Shown here in pieces: positions 41,601-56,799 of a DNA stretch of 64,000 nt (position 1 is its first letter; every line of letters begins with the position of its first letter). Source of the DNA: Auanema rhodensis (taxonomy: Eukaryota; Animalia; Nematoda); assembly GCA_964057225.1 (NCBI GenBank), contig OZ059898.1, forward strand, positions 17,298,001 to 17,362,000, given 5' to 3'. The notes under the pieces are model-generated. The model ran no database searches, had not been told where the DNA came from, and was given only the letters and a program-made list of their open reading frames with translations. The position numbers and the translations under genes were made by a program.

Positions 41601-42545
41601 ACCCTGAAGATTTAATTTTTTCGTTGAATAACATTGTCCATCGTCTTTGCCTTGAAAAAAGGAATCTAAAAACATCTACTTTTTGCTAAATTATTCTGAA
41701 ATTTTTCGAAAACATTTTTGTCAAAATGTTTTTGGAAGCAATGTTGAGTGTACATGGAAACTCAACATACACTAATGCATCATTTTTCAAACGATCATAA
41801 CTAATTTTTGTATTAAGCGTTTCTCAATGTAGTATAGTGCATTCGATGCGGATTTTTAAGCTGCGTCGATCTGTGTTATCAGATTTGCGCTAGCTTAAAA
41901 ATGCACCGAGATATCAACTGATATAAGTTCACACTTATATCCTCGATTTTCACCCTGAAGAATTAATTTTTTCGTTGAATAACATTGTCCATCGTCTTTG
42001 CCTTGAAAAAAAAAATCTAAAAACATCTACTTTTTGCTAAATTATTCTGAAATTTTTCGAAAAAATTTTTGTCAAAATGTTTTTGGAAGCAATGTTGAGT
42101 GTACATGGAATATCAACATACACTAATGCATCATTTTTCAAACGATCATAACTAATTTTTGTATTAAGCGTTTCTCAATGTAGTATAGTGCATTCGATGC
42201 GGATTTTTAAGCTGCGTCGATCTGTGTTATCAGATTTGCGCTAGCTTAAAAATGCACCGAGATATCAACTGATATAAGTTCACACTTATATCCTCGATTT
42301 TCACCCTGAAGAATTAATTTTTTCGTTGAATAACATTGTCCATCGTCTTTGCCTTGAAAAACGAAATCTGAAAACATCTACTTTTTGCTAAATTATTTTG
42401 AAATTTTTCGAAAAAATTTTTGTCAAAATGTTTTTGGAAGCAATGTTGAGTGTACATGGAAACTCAACATACACTAATGCATCATTTTTCAAACGTTCAT
42501 AACTAATTTTTGTATTCAGCGTTTCTCAATGTAGTATAGTGCATT
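38488..42545. repeat. 6-monomer tandem duplication (2106 bp unit)
   Basis: GTGAACA..CTCGAC 38943/41049, AAAACATTT 39607/41713, A10 ~39901/42007, GGAATATC 40005/42111. Confidence 0.87.
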
Positions 42546-45500
42546 TGATGCGGATTTTTAAGCTGCGTCGATCTGTGTTATCAGATTTGCGCTAGTTTAA
42601 AAATGCACCGAGATATCAACTGATATAAGTTCACACTTATATCCTCGATTTTCACCCTGAAGAATTAATTTTTTCGTTGAATAACATTGTCCATCGTCTT
42701 TGCCTTGAAAAACGAAATCTGAAAACATCTACTTTTTGCTAAATTATTTTGAAATTTTTCGAAAAAATTTTTGTCAAAATGTTTTTGGAAGCAATGTTGA
42801 GTGTACATGGAAACTCAACATACACTAATGCATCATTTTTCAAACGTTCATAACTAATTTTTGTATTCAGCGTTTCTCAATGTAGTATAGTGCATTTGAT
42901 GCGGATTTTTGAGCTGCGTCGATCTGTGTTATCAGATTTGCGCTAGTTTAAAAATGCACCGAGATATCAACTGATATAAGTTCACACTTATATCCTCGAT
43001 TTTCACCCTGAAGAATTAATTTTTTCGTTGAATAACATTGTCCATCGTCTTTGCCTTGAAAAAAGGAATCTAAAAACATTTACTTTTTGCTAAATTATTC
43101 TGAAATTTTTCGAAAAAATTTTTGTCAAAATGTTTTTGGAAGCAATGTTGAGTGTACATGGAAACTCAACATACACTAATGCACCATTTTTCAAACGATC
43201 ATAACTAATTTTTGTATTAAGCGTTTCTCAATGTAGTATAGTGCATTCGATGCGGATTTTTAAGCTGCGTCGATCTGTGTTATCAGATTTGCGCTAGCTT
43301 AAAAATGCACCGAGATATCAACTGATATAAGTTCACACTTATATCCTCGATTTTCACCCTGAAGAATTAATTTTTTCGTTGAATAACAGTGTCCATCGTC
43401 TTTGCCTTGAAAAAAGGAATCTAAAAACATTTACTTTTTGCTAAATTATTATGAAATTTTTCGAAAAAATTTTTGTCAAAATGTTTTTGGAAGCAATGTT
43501 GAGTGTACATGGAAACTCAACATACACTAATGCATCATTTTTCAAACGATCATAACTAATTTTTGTATTAAGCGTTTCTCAATGTAGTATAGTGCATTCG
43601 ATGCGGATTTTTAAGCTGCGTCGATCTGTATTATCAGATTTGCGCTAGCTTAAAAATGCACCGAGATATCAACTGATATAAGTTCACACTTATATCCTCG
43701 ATTTTCACCCTGAAGAAATAATTTTTTCGTTGAATAACATTGTCCATCGTCTTTGCCTTGAAAAAAGGAATCTGAAAACATCTACTTTTTGCTAAATTAT
43801 TTTGAAATTTTTCGAAAAAATTTTTGTCAAAATGTTTTTGGAAGCAATGTTGAGTGTACATGGAAACTCAACATACACTAATGCATCATTTTTCAAACGT
43901 TCATAACTAATTTTTGTATTCAGCGTTTCTCAATGTAGTATAGTGCATTTGATGCGGATTTTTAAGCTGCGTCGATCTGTGTTATCAGATTTGCGCTAGT
44001 TTAAAAATGCACCGAGATATCAATTGATATAAGTTCACACTTATATCCTCGATTTTCACCCTGAAGAATTAACTTTTTCGTTGAATAACATTGTCCATCG
44101 TCTTTGCCTTGAAAAAAGGAATCTAAAAACATTTACTTTTTGCTAAATTATTCTGAAATTTTTCGAAAAAATTGTTGTCAAAATGTTTTTGGAAGCAATG
44201 TTGAGTGTACATGGAAACTCAACATACACTAATGCACCATTTTTCAAACGATCATAACTAATTTTTGTATTGAGCGTTTCTCAATGTAGTATAGTGCATT
44301 CGATGCGGATTTTTAAGCTGCGTCGATCTGTGTTATCAGATTTGCGCTAGCTTAAAAATGCACCGAGATATCAACTGATATAAGTTCACACTTATATCCT
44401 CGATTTTCACCCTGAAGAATTAATTTTTTCGTTGAATAACATTGTCCATCGTCTTTGCCTTGAAAAAAGGAATCTAAAAACATCTACTTTTTGCTAAATT
44501 ATTTTGAAATTTTTCGAAAAAATTTTTGTCAAAATGTTTTTGGAAGCAATGTTGAGTGAACATGGAAACTCGACATACACTAATGCATCATTTTTCAAAC
44601 AATCATAACTAATTTTTGTATTAAGCGTTTCTCAATGTAGTATAGTGCATTTGATGCGGATTTTTAAGCTGCGTCGATCTGTGTTATCAGATTTGCGCTA
44701 GTTTAAAAATGCACCGAGATATCAACTGATATAAGTTCACACTTATATCCTCGATTTTCACCCTGAAGAATTAATTTTTTCGTTGAATAACATTGTCCAT
44801 CGTCTTTGCCTTGAAAAAAGGAATCTAAAAACATCTACTTTTTGCTAAATTATTTTGAAATTTTTCGAAAAAATTTTTGTCAAAATGTTTTTGGAAGCAA
44901 TGTTGAGTGAACATGGAAACTCGACATACACTAATGCATCATTTTTCAAACAATCATAACTAATTTTTGTATTAAGCGTTTCTCAATGTAGTATAGTGCA
45001 TTTGATGCGGATTTTTAAGCTGCGTCGATCTGTGTTATCAGATTTGCGCTAGTTTAAAAATGCACCGAGATATCAACTGATATAAGTTCACACTTATATC
45101 CTCGATTTTCACCCTGAAGAATTAATTTTTTCGTTGAATAACATTGTCCATCGTCTTTGCCTTGAAAAACGAAATCTGAAAACATCTACTTTTTGCTAAA
45201 TTATTTTGAAATTTTTCGAAAAAATTTTTGTCAAAATGTTTTTGGAAGCAATGTTGAGTGTACATGGAAACTCAACATACACTAATGCATCATTTTTCAA
45301 ACGTTCATAACTAATTTTTGTATTCAGCGTTTTTCAATGTAGTATAGTGGATTTGATGCGGATTTTTAAGCTGCGTCAATCTGTGTTATCAGATTTGCGC
45401 TAGTTTAAAAATGCACCGAGATATCAACTGATATAAGTTCACACTTATATCCTCGATTTTCACCCTGAAGAATTAATTTTTTCGTTGAATAACATTGTCC

Positions 45501-48500
45501 ATCGTCTTTGCCTTGAAAAAAGGAATCTAAAAACATTTACTATTTGCTAAATTATTCTGAAATTTTTCGAAAAAATTTTTGTCAAAATGTTTTTGGAAGC
45601 AATGTTGAGTGTACATGGAAACTCAACATACACTAATGCACCATTTTTCAAACGATCATAACTAATTTTTGTATTAAGCGTTTCTCAATGTAGTATAGTG
45701 CATTCGATGCGGATTTTTAAGCTGCGTCGATCTGTGTTATCAGTTTTGCGCTAGCTTAAAAATGCACCGAGATATCAACTGATATAAGTTCACACTTATA
45801 TCCTCGATTTTCACCCTGAAGAATTAATTTTTTCGTTGAATAACATTGTCCATCGTCTTTGCCTTGAAAAAAGGAATCTAAAAACATCTACTTTTTGCTA
45901 AATTATTTTGAAATTTTTCGAAAAAATTTTTGTCAAAATGTTTTTGGAAGCAATGTTGAGTGAACATGGAAACTCGACATACACTAATGCATCATTTTTC
46001 AAACAATCATAACTAATTTTTGTATTAAGCGTTTCTCAATGTAGTATAGTGCATTTGATGCGGATTTTTAAGCTGCGTCGATCTGTGTTATCAGATTTGC
46101 GCTAGTTTAAAAATGCACCGAGATATCAACTGATATAAGTTCACACTTATATCCTCGATTTTCACCCTGAAGAATTAATTTTTTCGTTGAATAACATTGT
46201 CCATCGTCTTTGCCTTGAAAAACGAAATCTGAAAACATCTACTTTTTGCTAAATTATTTTGAAATTTTTCGAAAAAATTTTTGTCAAAATGTTTTTGGAA
46301 GCAATGTTGAGTGTACATGGAAACTCAACATACACTAATGCATCATTTTTCAAACGTTCATAACTAATTTTTGTATTCAGCGTTTTTCAATGTAGTATAG
46401 TGCATTCGATGCGGATTTTTAAGCTGCGTCGATCTGTGTTATCAGATTTGCGCTAGCTTAAAAATGCACCGAGATATCAACTGATATAAGTTCACACTTA
46501 TATCCTCGATTTTCACCCTGAAGAAATAATTTTTTCGTTGAATAACATTGTCCATCGTCTTTGCCTTGAAAAAAGGAATCTAAAAACTCTTACTTTTTGC
46601 TAAATTATTCTGAAATTTTTCGAAAAAATTTTTGTCAAAATGTTTTTGGAAGCAATGTTGAGTGTACATGGAAACTCAACATACACTAATGCACCATTTT
46701 TCAAACGATCATAACTAATTTTTGTATTAAGCGTTTCTCAATGTAGTATAGTGCATTCGATGCGGATTTTTAAGCTGCGTCGATCTGTGTTATCAGATTT
46801 GCGCTAGTTTAAAAATGCACCGAGATATCAACTGATATAAGTTCACACTTATATCCTCGATTTTCACCCTGAAGAATTAATTTTTTCGTTGAATAACATT
46901 GTCCATCGTCTTTGCCTTGAAAAACGAAATCTGAAAACATCTACTTTTTGCTAAATTATTTTGAAATTTTTCGAAAAAATTTTTGTCAAAATGTTTTTGG
47001 AAGCAATGTTGAGTGTACATGGAAACTCAACATACACTAATGCATCATTTTTCAAACGTTCATAACTAATTTTTGTATTCAGCGTTTTTCAATGTAGTAT
47101 AGTGCATTCGATGCGGATTTTTAAGCTGCGTCGATCTGTGTTATCAGATTTGCGCTAGCTTAAAAATGCACCGAGATATCAACTGATATAAGTTCACACT
47201 TATATCCTCGATTTTCACCCTGAAGAAATAATTTTTTCGTTGAATAACATTGTCCATCGTCTTTGCCTTGAAAAAAGGAATCTAAAAACATTTACTTTTT
47301 GCTAAATTATTCTGAAATTTTTCGAAAAAATTTTTGTCAAAATGTTTTTGGAAGCAATGTTGAGTGAACATGGAAACTCAACATACACTAATGCACCATT
47401 TTTCAAACGATCATAACTAATTTTTGTATTAAGCGTTTTTCAATGTAGTATAGTGCATTCGATGCGGATTTTTAAGCTGCGTCGATCTGTGTTATCAGAT
47501 TTGCGCTAGTTTAAAAATGCACCGAGATATCAACTGATATAAGTTCACACTTATATCCTCGATTTTCACCCTGAAGAATTAATTTTTTCGTTGAATAACA
47601 TTGTCCATCGTCTTTGCCTTGAAAAACGAAATCTGAAAACATCTACTTTTTGCTAAATTATTTTGAAATTTTTCGAAAAAATTTTTGTCAAAATGTTTTT
47701 GGAAGCAATGTTGAGTGTACATGGAAACTCAACATACACTAATGCATCATTTTTCAAACGTTCATAACTAATTTTTGTATTCAGCGTTTTTCAATGTAGT
47801 ATAGTGCATTCGATGCGGATTTTTAAGCTGCGTCGATCTGTGTTATCAGATTTGCGCTAGCTTAAAAATGCACCGAGATATCAACTGATATAAGTTCACA
47901 CTTATATCCTCGATTTTCACCCTGAAGAATTAATTTTTTCGTTGAATAACATTGTCCATCGTCTTTGCCTTGAAAAAAGGAATCTAAAAACATTTACTAT
48001 TTGCTAAATTATTCTGAAATTTTTCGAAAAAATTTTTGTCAAAATGTTTTTGGAAGCAATGTTGAGTGTACATGGAAACTCGACATACACTAATGCACCA
48101 TTTTTCAAACGATCATAACTAATTTTTGTATTAAGCGTTTCTCAATGTAGTATAGTGCATTCGATGCGGATTTTTAAGCTGCGTCGATCTGTGTTATCAG
48201 ATTTGCGCTAGTTTAAAAATGCACCGAGATATCAACTGATATAAGTTCACACTTATATCCTCGATTTTCACCCTGAAGAATTAATTTTTTCGTTGAATAA
48301 CATTGTCCATCGTCTTTGCCTTGAAAAACGAAATCTGAAAACATCTACTTTTTGCTAAATTATTTTGAAATTTTTTGAAAAAATTTTTGTCAAAATGTTT
48401 TTGGAAGCAATGTTGAGTGTACATGGAAACTCAACATACACTAATGCACCATTTTTCAAACGATCATAACTAATTTTTGTATTAAGCGTTTCTCAATGTA

Positions 48501-51500
48501 GTATAGTGCATTCGATGCGGATTTTTAAGCTGCGTCGATCTGTGTTATCAGATTTGCGCTAGCTTAAAAATGCACCGAGATATCAACTGATATAAGTTCA
48601 CACTTATATCCTCGATTTTCACCCTGAAGAATTAATTTTTTCGTTGAATAACATTGTCCATCGTCTTTGCCTTGAAAAAAGGAATCTAAAAACATCTACT
48701 TTTTGCTAAATTATTTCGAAATTTTTCGAAAAAATTTTTGTCAAAATGTTTTTGGAAGCAATGTTGAGTGAACATGGAAACTCGACATACACTAATGCAT
48801 CATTTTTCAAACAATCATAACTAATTTTTGTATTAAGCGTTTCTCAATGTAGTATAGTGCATTTGATGCGGATTTTTAAGCTGCGTCGATCTGTGTTATC
48901 AGATTTGCGCTAGTTTAAAAATGCACCGAGATATCAACTGATATAAGTTCACACTTATATCCTCGATTTTCACCCTGAAGAATTAATTTTTTCGTTGAAT
49001 AACATTGTCCATCGTCTTTGCCTTGAAAAACGAAATCTGAAAACATCTACTTTTTGCTAAATTATTTTGAAATTTTTCGAAAAAATTTTTGTCAAAATGT
49101 TTTTGGAAGCAATGTTGAGTGTACATGGAAACTCAACATACACTAATGCATCATTTTTCAAACGTTCATAACTAATTTTTGTATTCAGCGTTTTTCAATG
49201 TAGTATAGTGCATTCGATGCGGATTTTTAAGCTGCGTCGATCTGTGTTATCAGATTTGCGCTAGCTTAAAAATGCACCGAGATATCAACTGATATAAGTT
49301 CACACTTATATCCTCGATTTTCACCCTGAAGAAATAATTTTTTCGTTGAATAACATTGTCCATCGTCTTTGCCTTGAAAAAAGGAATCTAAAAACATTTA
49401 CTTTTTGCTAAATTATTCTGAAATTTTTCGAAAAAATTTTTGTCAAAATGTTTTTGGAAGCAATGTTGAGTGTACATGGAAACTCAACATACACTAATGC
49501 ACCATTTTTCAAACGATCATAACTAATTTTTGTATTAAGCGTTTCTCAATGTAGTATAGTGCATTCGATGCGGATTTTTAAGCTGCGTCGATCTGTGTTA
49601 TCAGATTTGCGCTAGTTTAAAAATGCACCGAGATATCAACTGATATAAGTTCACACTTATATCCTCGATTTTCACCCTGAAGAATTAATTTTTTCGTTGA
49701 ATAACATTGTCCATCGTCTTTGCCTTGAAAAACGAAATCTGAAAACATCTACTTTTTGCTAAATTATTTTGAAATTTTTCGAAAAAATTTTTGTCAAAAT
49801 GTTTTTGGAAGCAATGTTGAGTGTACATGGAAACTCAACATACACTAATGCATCATTTTTCAAACGTTCATAACTAATTTTTGTATTCAGCGTTTTTCAA
49901 TGTAGTATAGTGCATTCGATGCGGATTTTTAAGCTGCGTCGATCTGTGTTATCAGATTTGCGCTAGCTTAAAAATGCACCGAGATATCAACTGATATAAG
50001 TTCACACTTATATCCTCGATTTTCACCCTGAAGAAATAATTTTTTCGTTGAATAACATTGTCCATCGTCTTTGCCTTGAAAAAAGGAATCTAAAAACATT
50101 TACTTTTTGCTAAATTATTCTGAAATTTTTCGAAAAAATTTTTGTCAAAATGTTTTTGGAAGCAATGTTGAGTGAACATGGAAACTCAACATACACTAAT
50201 GCACCATTTTTCAAACGATCATAACTAATTTTTGTATTAAGCGTTTCTCAATGTAGTATAGTGCATTCGATGCGGATTTTTAAGCTGCGTCGATCTGTGT
50301 TATCAGATTTGCGCTAGTTTAAAAATGCACCGAGATATCAACTGATATAAGTTCACACTTATATCCTCGATTTTCACCCTGAAGAATTAATTTTTTCGTT
50401 GAATAACATTGTCCATCGTCTTTGCCTTGAAAAACGAAATCTGAAAACATCTACTTTTTGCTAAATTATTTTGAAATTTTTCGAAAAAATTTTTGTCAAA
50501 ATGTTTTTGGAAGCAATGTTGAGTGTACATGGAAACTCAACATACACTAATGCATCATTTTTCAAACGTTCATAACTAATTTTTGTATTCAGCGTTTTTC
50601 AATGTAGTATAGTGCATTCGATGCGGATTTTTAAGCTGCGTCGATCTGTGTTATCAGATTTGCGCTAGCTTAAAAATGCACCGAGATATCAACTGATATA
50701 AGTTCACACTTATATCCTCGATTTTCACCCTGAAGAAATAATTTTTTCGTTGAATAACATTGTCCATCGTCTTTGCCTTGAAAAAAGGAATCTAAAAACA
50801 TTTACTTTTTGCTAAATTATTCTGAAATTTTTCGAAAAAATTTTTGTCAAAATGTTTTTGGAAGCAATGTTGAGTGTACATGGAAACTCAACATACACTA
50901 ATGCACCATTTTTCAAACGATCATAACTAATTTTTGTATTAAGCGTTTCTCAATGTAGTATAGTGCATTCGATGCGGATTTTTAAGCTGCGTCGATCTGT
51001 GTTATCAGATTTGCGCTAGCTTAAAAATGCACCGAGATATCAACTGATATAAGTTCACACTTATATCCTCGATTTTCACCCTGAAGAAATAATTTTTTCG
51101 TTGAATAACATTGTCCATCGTCTTTGCCTTGAAAAAAGGAATCTAAAAACATTTACTTTTTGCTAAATTATTCTGAAATTTTTCGAAAAAATTTTTGTCA
51201 AAATGTTTTTGGAAGCAATGTTGAGTGTACATGGAAACTCAACATACACTAATGCACCATTTTTCAAACGATCATAACTAATTTTTGTATTAAGCGTTTC
51301 TCAATGTAGTATAGTGCATTCGATGCGGATTTTTAAGCTGCGTCGATCTGTGTTATCAGATTTGCGCTAGCTTAAAAATGCACCGAGATATCAACTGATA
51401 TAAGTTCACACTTATATCCTCGATTTTCACCCTGAAGAAATAATTTTTTCGTTGAATAACATTGTCCATCGTCTTTGCCTTGAAAAAAGGAATCTAAAAA

Positions 51501-53600
51501 CATTTACTTTTTGCTAAATTATTCTGAAATTTTTCGAAAAAATTTTTGTCAAAATGTTTTTGGAAGCAATGTTGAGTGTACATGGAAACTCAACATACAC
51601 TAATGCACCATTTTTCAAACGATCATAACTAATTTTTGTATTAAGCGTTTCTCAATGTAGTATAGTGCATTCGATGCGGATTTTTAAGCTGCGTCGATCT
51701 GTGTTATCAGATTTGCGCTAGCTTAAAAATGCACCGAGATATCAACTGATATAAGTTCACACTTATATCCTCGATTTTCACCCTGAAGAAATAATTTTTT
51801 CGTTGAATAACATTGTCCATCGTCTTTGCCTTGAAAAAAGGAATCTAAAAACATTTACTTTTTGCTAAATTATTCTGAAATTTTTCGAAAAAATTTTTGT
51901 CAAAATGTTTTTGGAAGCAATGTTGAGTGTACATGGAAACTCAACATACACTAATGCACCATTTTTCAAACGATCATAACTAATTTTTGTATTAAGCGTT
52001 TCTCAATGTAGTATAGTGCATTCGATGCGGATTTTTAAGCTGCGTCGATCTGTGTTATCAGATTTGCGCTAGCTTAAAAATGCACCGAGATATCAACTGA
52101 TATAAGTTCACACTTATATCCTCGATTTTCACCCTGAAGAAATAATTTTTTCGTTGAATAACATTGTCCATCGTCTTTGCCTTGAAAAAAGGAATCTAAA
52201 AACATTTACTTTTTGCTAAATTATTCTGAAATTTTTCGAAAAAATTTTTGTCAAAATGTTTTTGGAAGCAATGTTGAGTGTACATGGAAACTCAACATAC
52301 ACTAATGCACCATTTTTCAAACGATCATAACTAATTTTTGTATTAAGCGTTTCTCAATATAGTATAGTGCATTCGATGCGGATTTTTAAGCTGCGTCGAT
52401 CTGTGTTATCAGATTTGCGCTAGCTTAAAAATGCACCGAGATATCAACTGATATAAGTTCACACTTATATCCTCGATTTTCACCCTGAAGAAATAATTTT
52501 TTCGTTGAATAACATTGTCCATCGTCTTTGCCTTGAAAAAAGGAATCTAAAAACATTTACTATTTGCTAAATTATTCTGAAATTTTTCGAAAAAATTTTT
52601 GTCAAAATGTTTTTGGAAGCAATGTTGAGTGTACATGGAAACTCAACATACACTAATGCATCATTTTTCAAACGTTCATAACTAATTTTTGTATTCAGCG
52701 TTTTTCAATGTAGTATAGTGCATTCGATGCGGATTTTTAAGCTGCGTCGATCTGTGTTATCAGATTTGCGCTAGCTTAAAAATGCACCGAGATATCAACT
52801 GATATAAGTTCACACTTATATCCTCGATTTTCACCCTGAAGAAATAATTTTTTCGTTGAATAACATTGTCCATCGTCTTTGCCTTGAAAAAAGGAATCTA
52901 AAAACATTTACTTTTTGCTAAATTATTCTGAAATTTTTCGAAAAAATTTTTGTCAAAATGTTTTTGGAAGCAATGTTGAGTGTACATGGAAACTCAACAT
53001 ACACTAATGCACCATTTTTCAAACGATCATAACTAATTTTTGTATTAAGCGTTTCTCAATGTAGTATAGTGCATTCGATGCGGATTTTTAAGCTGCGTCG
53101 ATCTGTGTTATCAGATTTGCGCTAGCTTAAAAATGCACCGAGATATCAACTGATATAAGTTCACACTTATATCCTCGATTTTCACCCTGAAGAAATAATT
53201 TTTTCGTTGAATAACATTGTCCATCGTCTTTGCCTTGAAAAAAGGAATCTAAAAACATCTACTTTTTGCTAAATTATTTTGAAATTTTTCGAAAAAATTT
53301 TTGTCAAAATGTTTTTGGAAGCAATGTTGAGTGAACATGGAAACTCGACATACACTAATGCATCATTTTTCAAACAATCATAACTAATTTTTGTATTAAG
53401 CGTTTCTCAATGTAGTATAGTGCATTTGATGCGGATTTTTAAGCTGCGTCGATCTGTGTTATCAGATTTGCGCTAGTTTAAAAATGCACCGAGATATCAA
53501 CTGATATAAGTTCACACTTATATCCTCGATTTTCACCCTGAAGAATTAATTTTTTCGTTGAATAACATTGTCCATCGTCTTTGCCTTGAAAAAAGGAATC
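41425..53600. repeat. Distal paralog of the ~16.9-39 kb block (large intra-array segmental duplication)
   Basis: The same ordered series of rare variants appears at an offset of 24570 bp (70 monomers), then 71, 58, 56 and 45 monomers as internal expansions are crossed. Confidence 0.8.
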
Positions 53601-56600
53601 TAAAAACATTTACTTTTTGCTAAATTATTCTGAAATTTTTCGAAAAAATTTTTGTCAAAATGTTTTTGGAAGCAATGTTGAGTGTACATGGAAACTCAAC
53701 ATACACTAATGCATCATTTTTCAAACGATCATAACTAATTTTTGTATTAAGCGTTTCTCAATGTAGTATAGTGCATTTGATGCGGATTTTTAAGCTGCGT
53801 CGATCTGTGTTATCAGATTTGCGCTAGTTTAAAAATGCACCGAGATATCAACTGATATAAGTTCACACTTATATCCTCGATTTTCACCCTGAAGAATTAA
53901 TTTTTTCGTTGAATAACATTGTCCATCGTCTTTGCCTTGAAAAAAGGAATCTAAAAACATTTACTTTTTGCTAAATTATTCTGAAATTTTTCGAAAAAAT
54001 TTTTGTCAAAATGTTTTTGGAAGCAATGTTGAGTGTACATGGAAACTCAACATACACTAATGCATCATTTTTCAAACGTTCATAACTAATTTTTGTATTC
54101 AGCGTTTCTCAATGTAGTATAGTGCATTTGATGCGGATTTTTAAGCTGCGTCGATCTGTGTTATCAGATTTGCGCTAGCTTAAAAATGCACCGAGATATC
54201 AACTGATATAAGTTCACACTTATATCCTCGATTTTCACCTTGAAGAATTAATTTTTTCGTTGAATAACATTGTCCATCGTCTTTGCCTTGAAAAAAGGAA
54301 TCTAAAAACATCTACTTTTTGCTAAATTATTTTGAAATTTTTCGAAAAAATTTTTGTCAAAATGTTTTTGGAAGCAATGTTGAGTGTACATGGAAACTCA
54401 ACATACACTAATGCATCATTTTTCAAACGTTCATAACTAATTTTTGTATTCAGCGTTTCTCAATGTAGTATAGTGCATTTGATGCGGATTTTTAAGCTGC
54501 GTCGATCTGTGTTATCAGATTTGCGCTAGCTTAAAAATGCACCGAGATATCAACTGATATAAGTTCACACTTATATCCTCGATTTTCACCCTGAAGAAAT
54601 AATTTTTTCGTTGAATAACATTGTCCATCGTCTTTGCCTTGAAAAAAGAAATCTAAAAACATTTACTTTTTGCTAAATTATTCTGAAATTTTTCGAAAAA
54701 GTTTTTGTCAAAATGTTTTTGGAAGCAATGTTGAGTGTACATGGAAACTCAACATACACTAATGCACCATTTTTCAAACGATCATAACTAATTTTTGTAT
54801 TAAGCGTTTTTCAAAGTAGTATAGTGCATTCGATGCGGATTTTTAAGCTGCGTCGATCTGTGTTATCAGATTTGCGCTAGCTTAAAAATGCACCGAGATA
54901 TCAACTGATATAAGTTCACACTTATATCCTCGATTTTCACCCTGAAGAAATAATTTTTTCGTTGAATAACATTGTCCATCGTCTTTGCCTTGAAAAAAGA
55001 AATCTAAAAACATTTACTTTTTGCTAAATTATTCTGAAATTTTTCGAAAAAATTTTTGTCAAAATGTTTTTGGAAGCAATGTTGAGTGTACATGGAAACT
55101 CAACATACACTAATGCACCATTTTTCAAACGATCATAACTAATTTTTGTATTAAGCGTTTTTCAAAGTAGTATAGTGCATTCGATGCGGATTTTTAAGCT
55201 GCGTCGATCTGTGTTATCAGATTTGCGCTAGCTTAAAAATGCACCGAGATATCAACTGATATAAGTTCACACTTATATCCTCGATTTTCACCCTGAAGAA
55301 TTAATTTTTTTGTTGAATAACATTGTCCATCGTCTTTGCCTTGAAAAAAGGAATCTAAAAACATTTACTTTTTGCTAAATTATTCTGAAATTTTTCGAAA
55401 AAATTTTTGTCAAAATGTTTTTGGAAGCAATGTTGAGTGTACATGGAAACTCAACATACACTAATGCACCATTTTTCAAACGATCATAACTAATTTTTGT
55501 ATTAAGCGTTTCTCAATGTAGTATAGTGCATTCGATGCGGATTTTTAAGCTGCGTCGATCTGTGTTATCAGATTTGCGCTAGCTTAAAAATGCACCGAGA
55601 TATCAACTGATATAAGTTCACACTTATATCCTCGATTTTCACCCTGAAGAATTAATTTTTTCGTTGAATAACATTGTCCATCGTCTTTGCCTTGAAAAAA
55701 GGAATCTAAAAACATTTACTTTTTGCTAAATTATTCTGAAATTTTTCGAAAAAATTTTTGTCAAAATGTTTTTGGAAGCAATGTTGAGTGTACATGGAAA
55801 CTCAACATACACTAATGCATCATTTTTCAAACAATCATAACTAATTTTTGTATTAAGCGTTTCTCAATGTAGTATAGTGCATTCGATGCGGATTTTTAAG
55901 CTGCGTCGATCTGTGTTATCAGATTTGCGCTAGCTTAAAAATGCACCGAGATATCAACTGATATAAGTTCACACTTATATCCTCGATTTTCACCCTGAAG
56001 AATTAATTTTTTCGTTGAATAACATTGTCCATCGTCTTTGCCTTGAAAAAAAGAATCTAAAAACATCTACTTATTGCTAAATTATTTTGAAATTTTTCGA
56101 AAAAATTTTTGTCAAAATGTTTTTGGAAGCAATGTTGAGTGTACATGGAAACTCAACATACACTAATGCATCATTTTTCAAACGTTCATAACTAATTTTT
56201 GTATTCAGCGTTTCTCAATGTAGTATAGTGCATTTGATGCGGATTTTTAAGCTGCGTCGATCTGTGTTATCAGATTTGCGCTAGCTTAAAAATGCACCGA
56301 GATATCAACTGATATAAGTTCACACTTATATCCTCGATTTTCACCCTGAAGAAATAATTTTTTCGTTGAATAACATTGTCCATCGTCTTTGCCTTGAAAA
56401 AAGAAATCTAAAAACATTTACTTTTTGCTAAATTATTCTGAAATTTTTCGAAAAAGTTTTTGTCAAAATGTTTTTGGAAGCAATGTTGAGTGTACATGGA
56501 AACTCAACATACACTAATGCACCATTTTTCAAACGATCATAACTAATTTTTGTATTAAGCGTTTTTCAAAGTAGTATAGTGCATTCGATGCGGATTTTTA

Positions 56601-56799
56601 AGCTGCGTCGATCTGTGTTATCAGATTTGCGCTAGCTTAAAAATGCACCGAGATATCAACTGATATAAGTTCACACTTATATCCTCGATTTTCACCCTGA
56701 AGAAATAATTTTTTCGTTGAATAACATTGTCCATCGTCTTTGCCTTGAAAAAAGAAATCTAAAAACATTTACTTTTTGCTAAATTATTTTGAAATTTTT

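Noticed and set aside
19064-43861. Three identical 75-aa ORFs at 19064, 22574 and 43634
   Set aside because: They are offset by exactly 10 and 70 monomers, so they are one chance allele combination (GAAATA plus ATCTG) copied by the duplications. Only 4 of 182 monomers are open, which gives no sign of coding selection.
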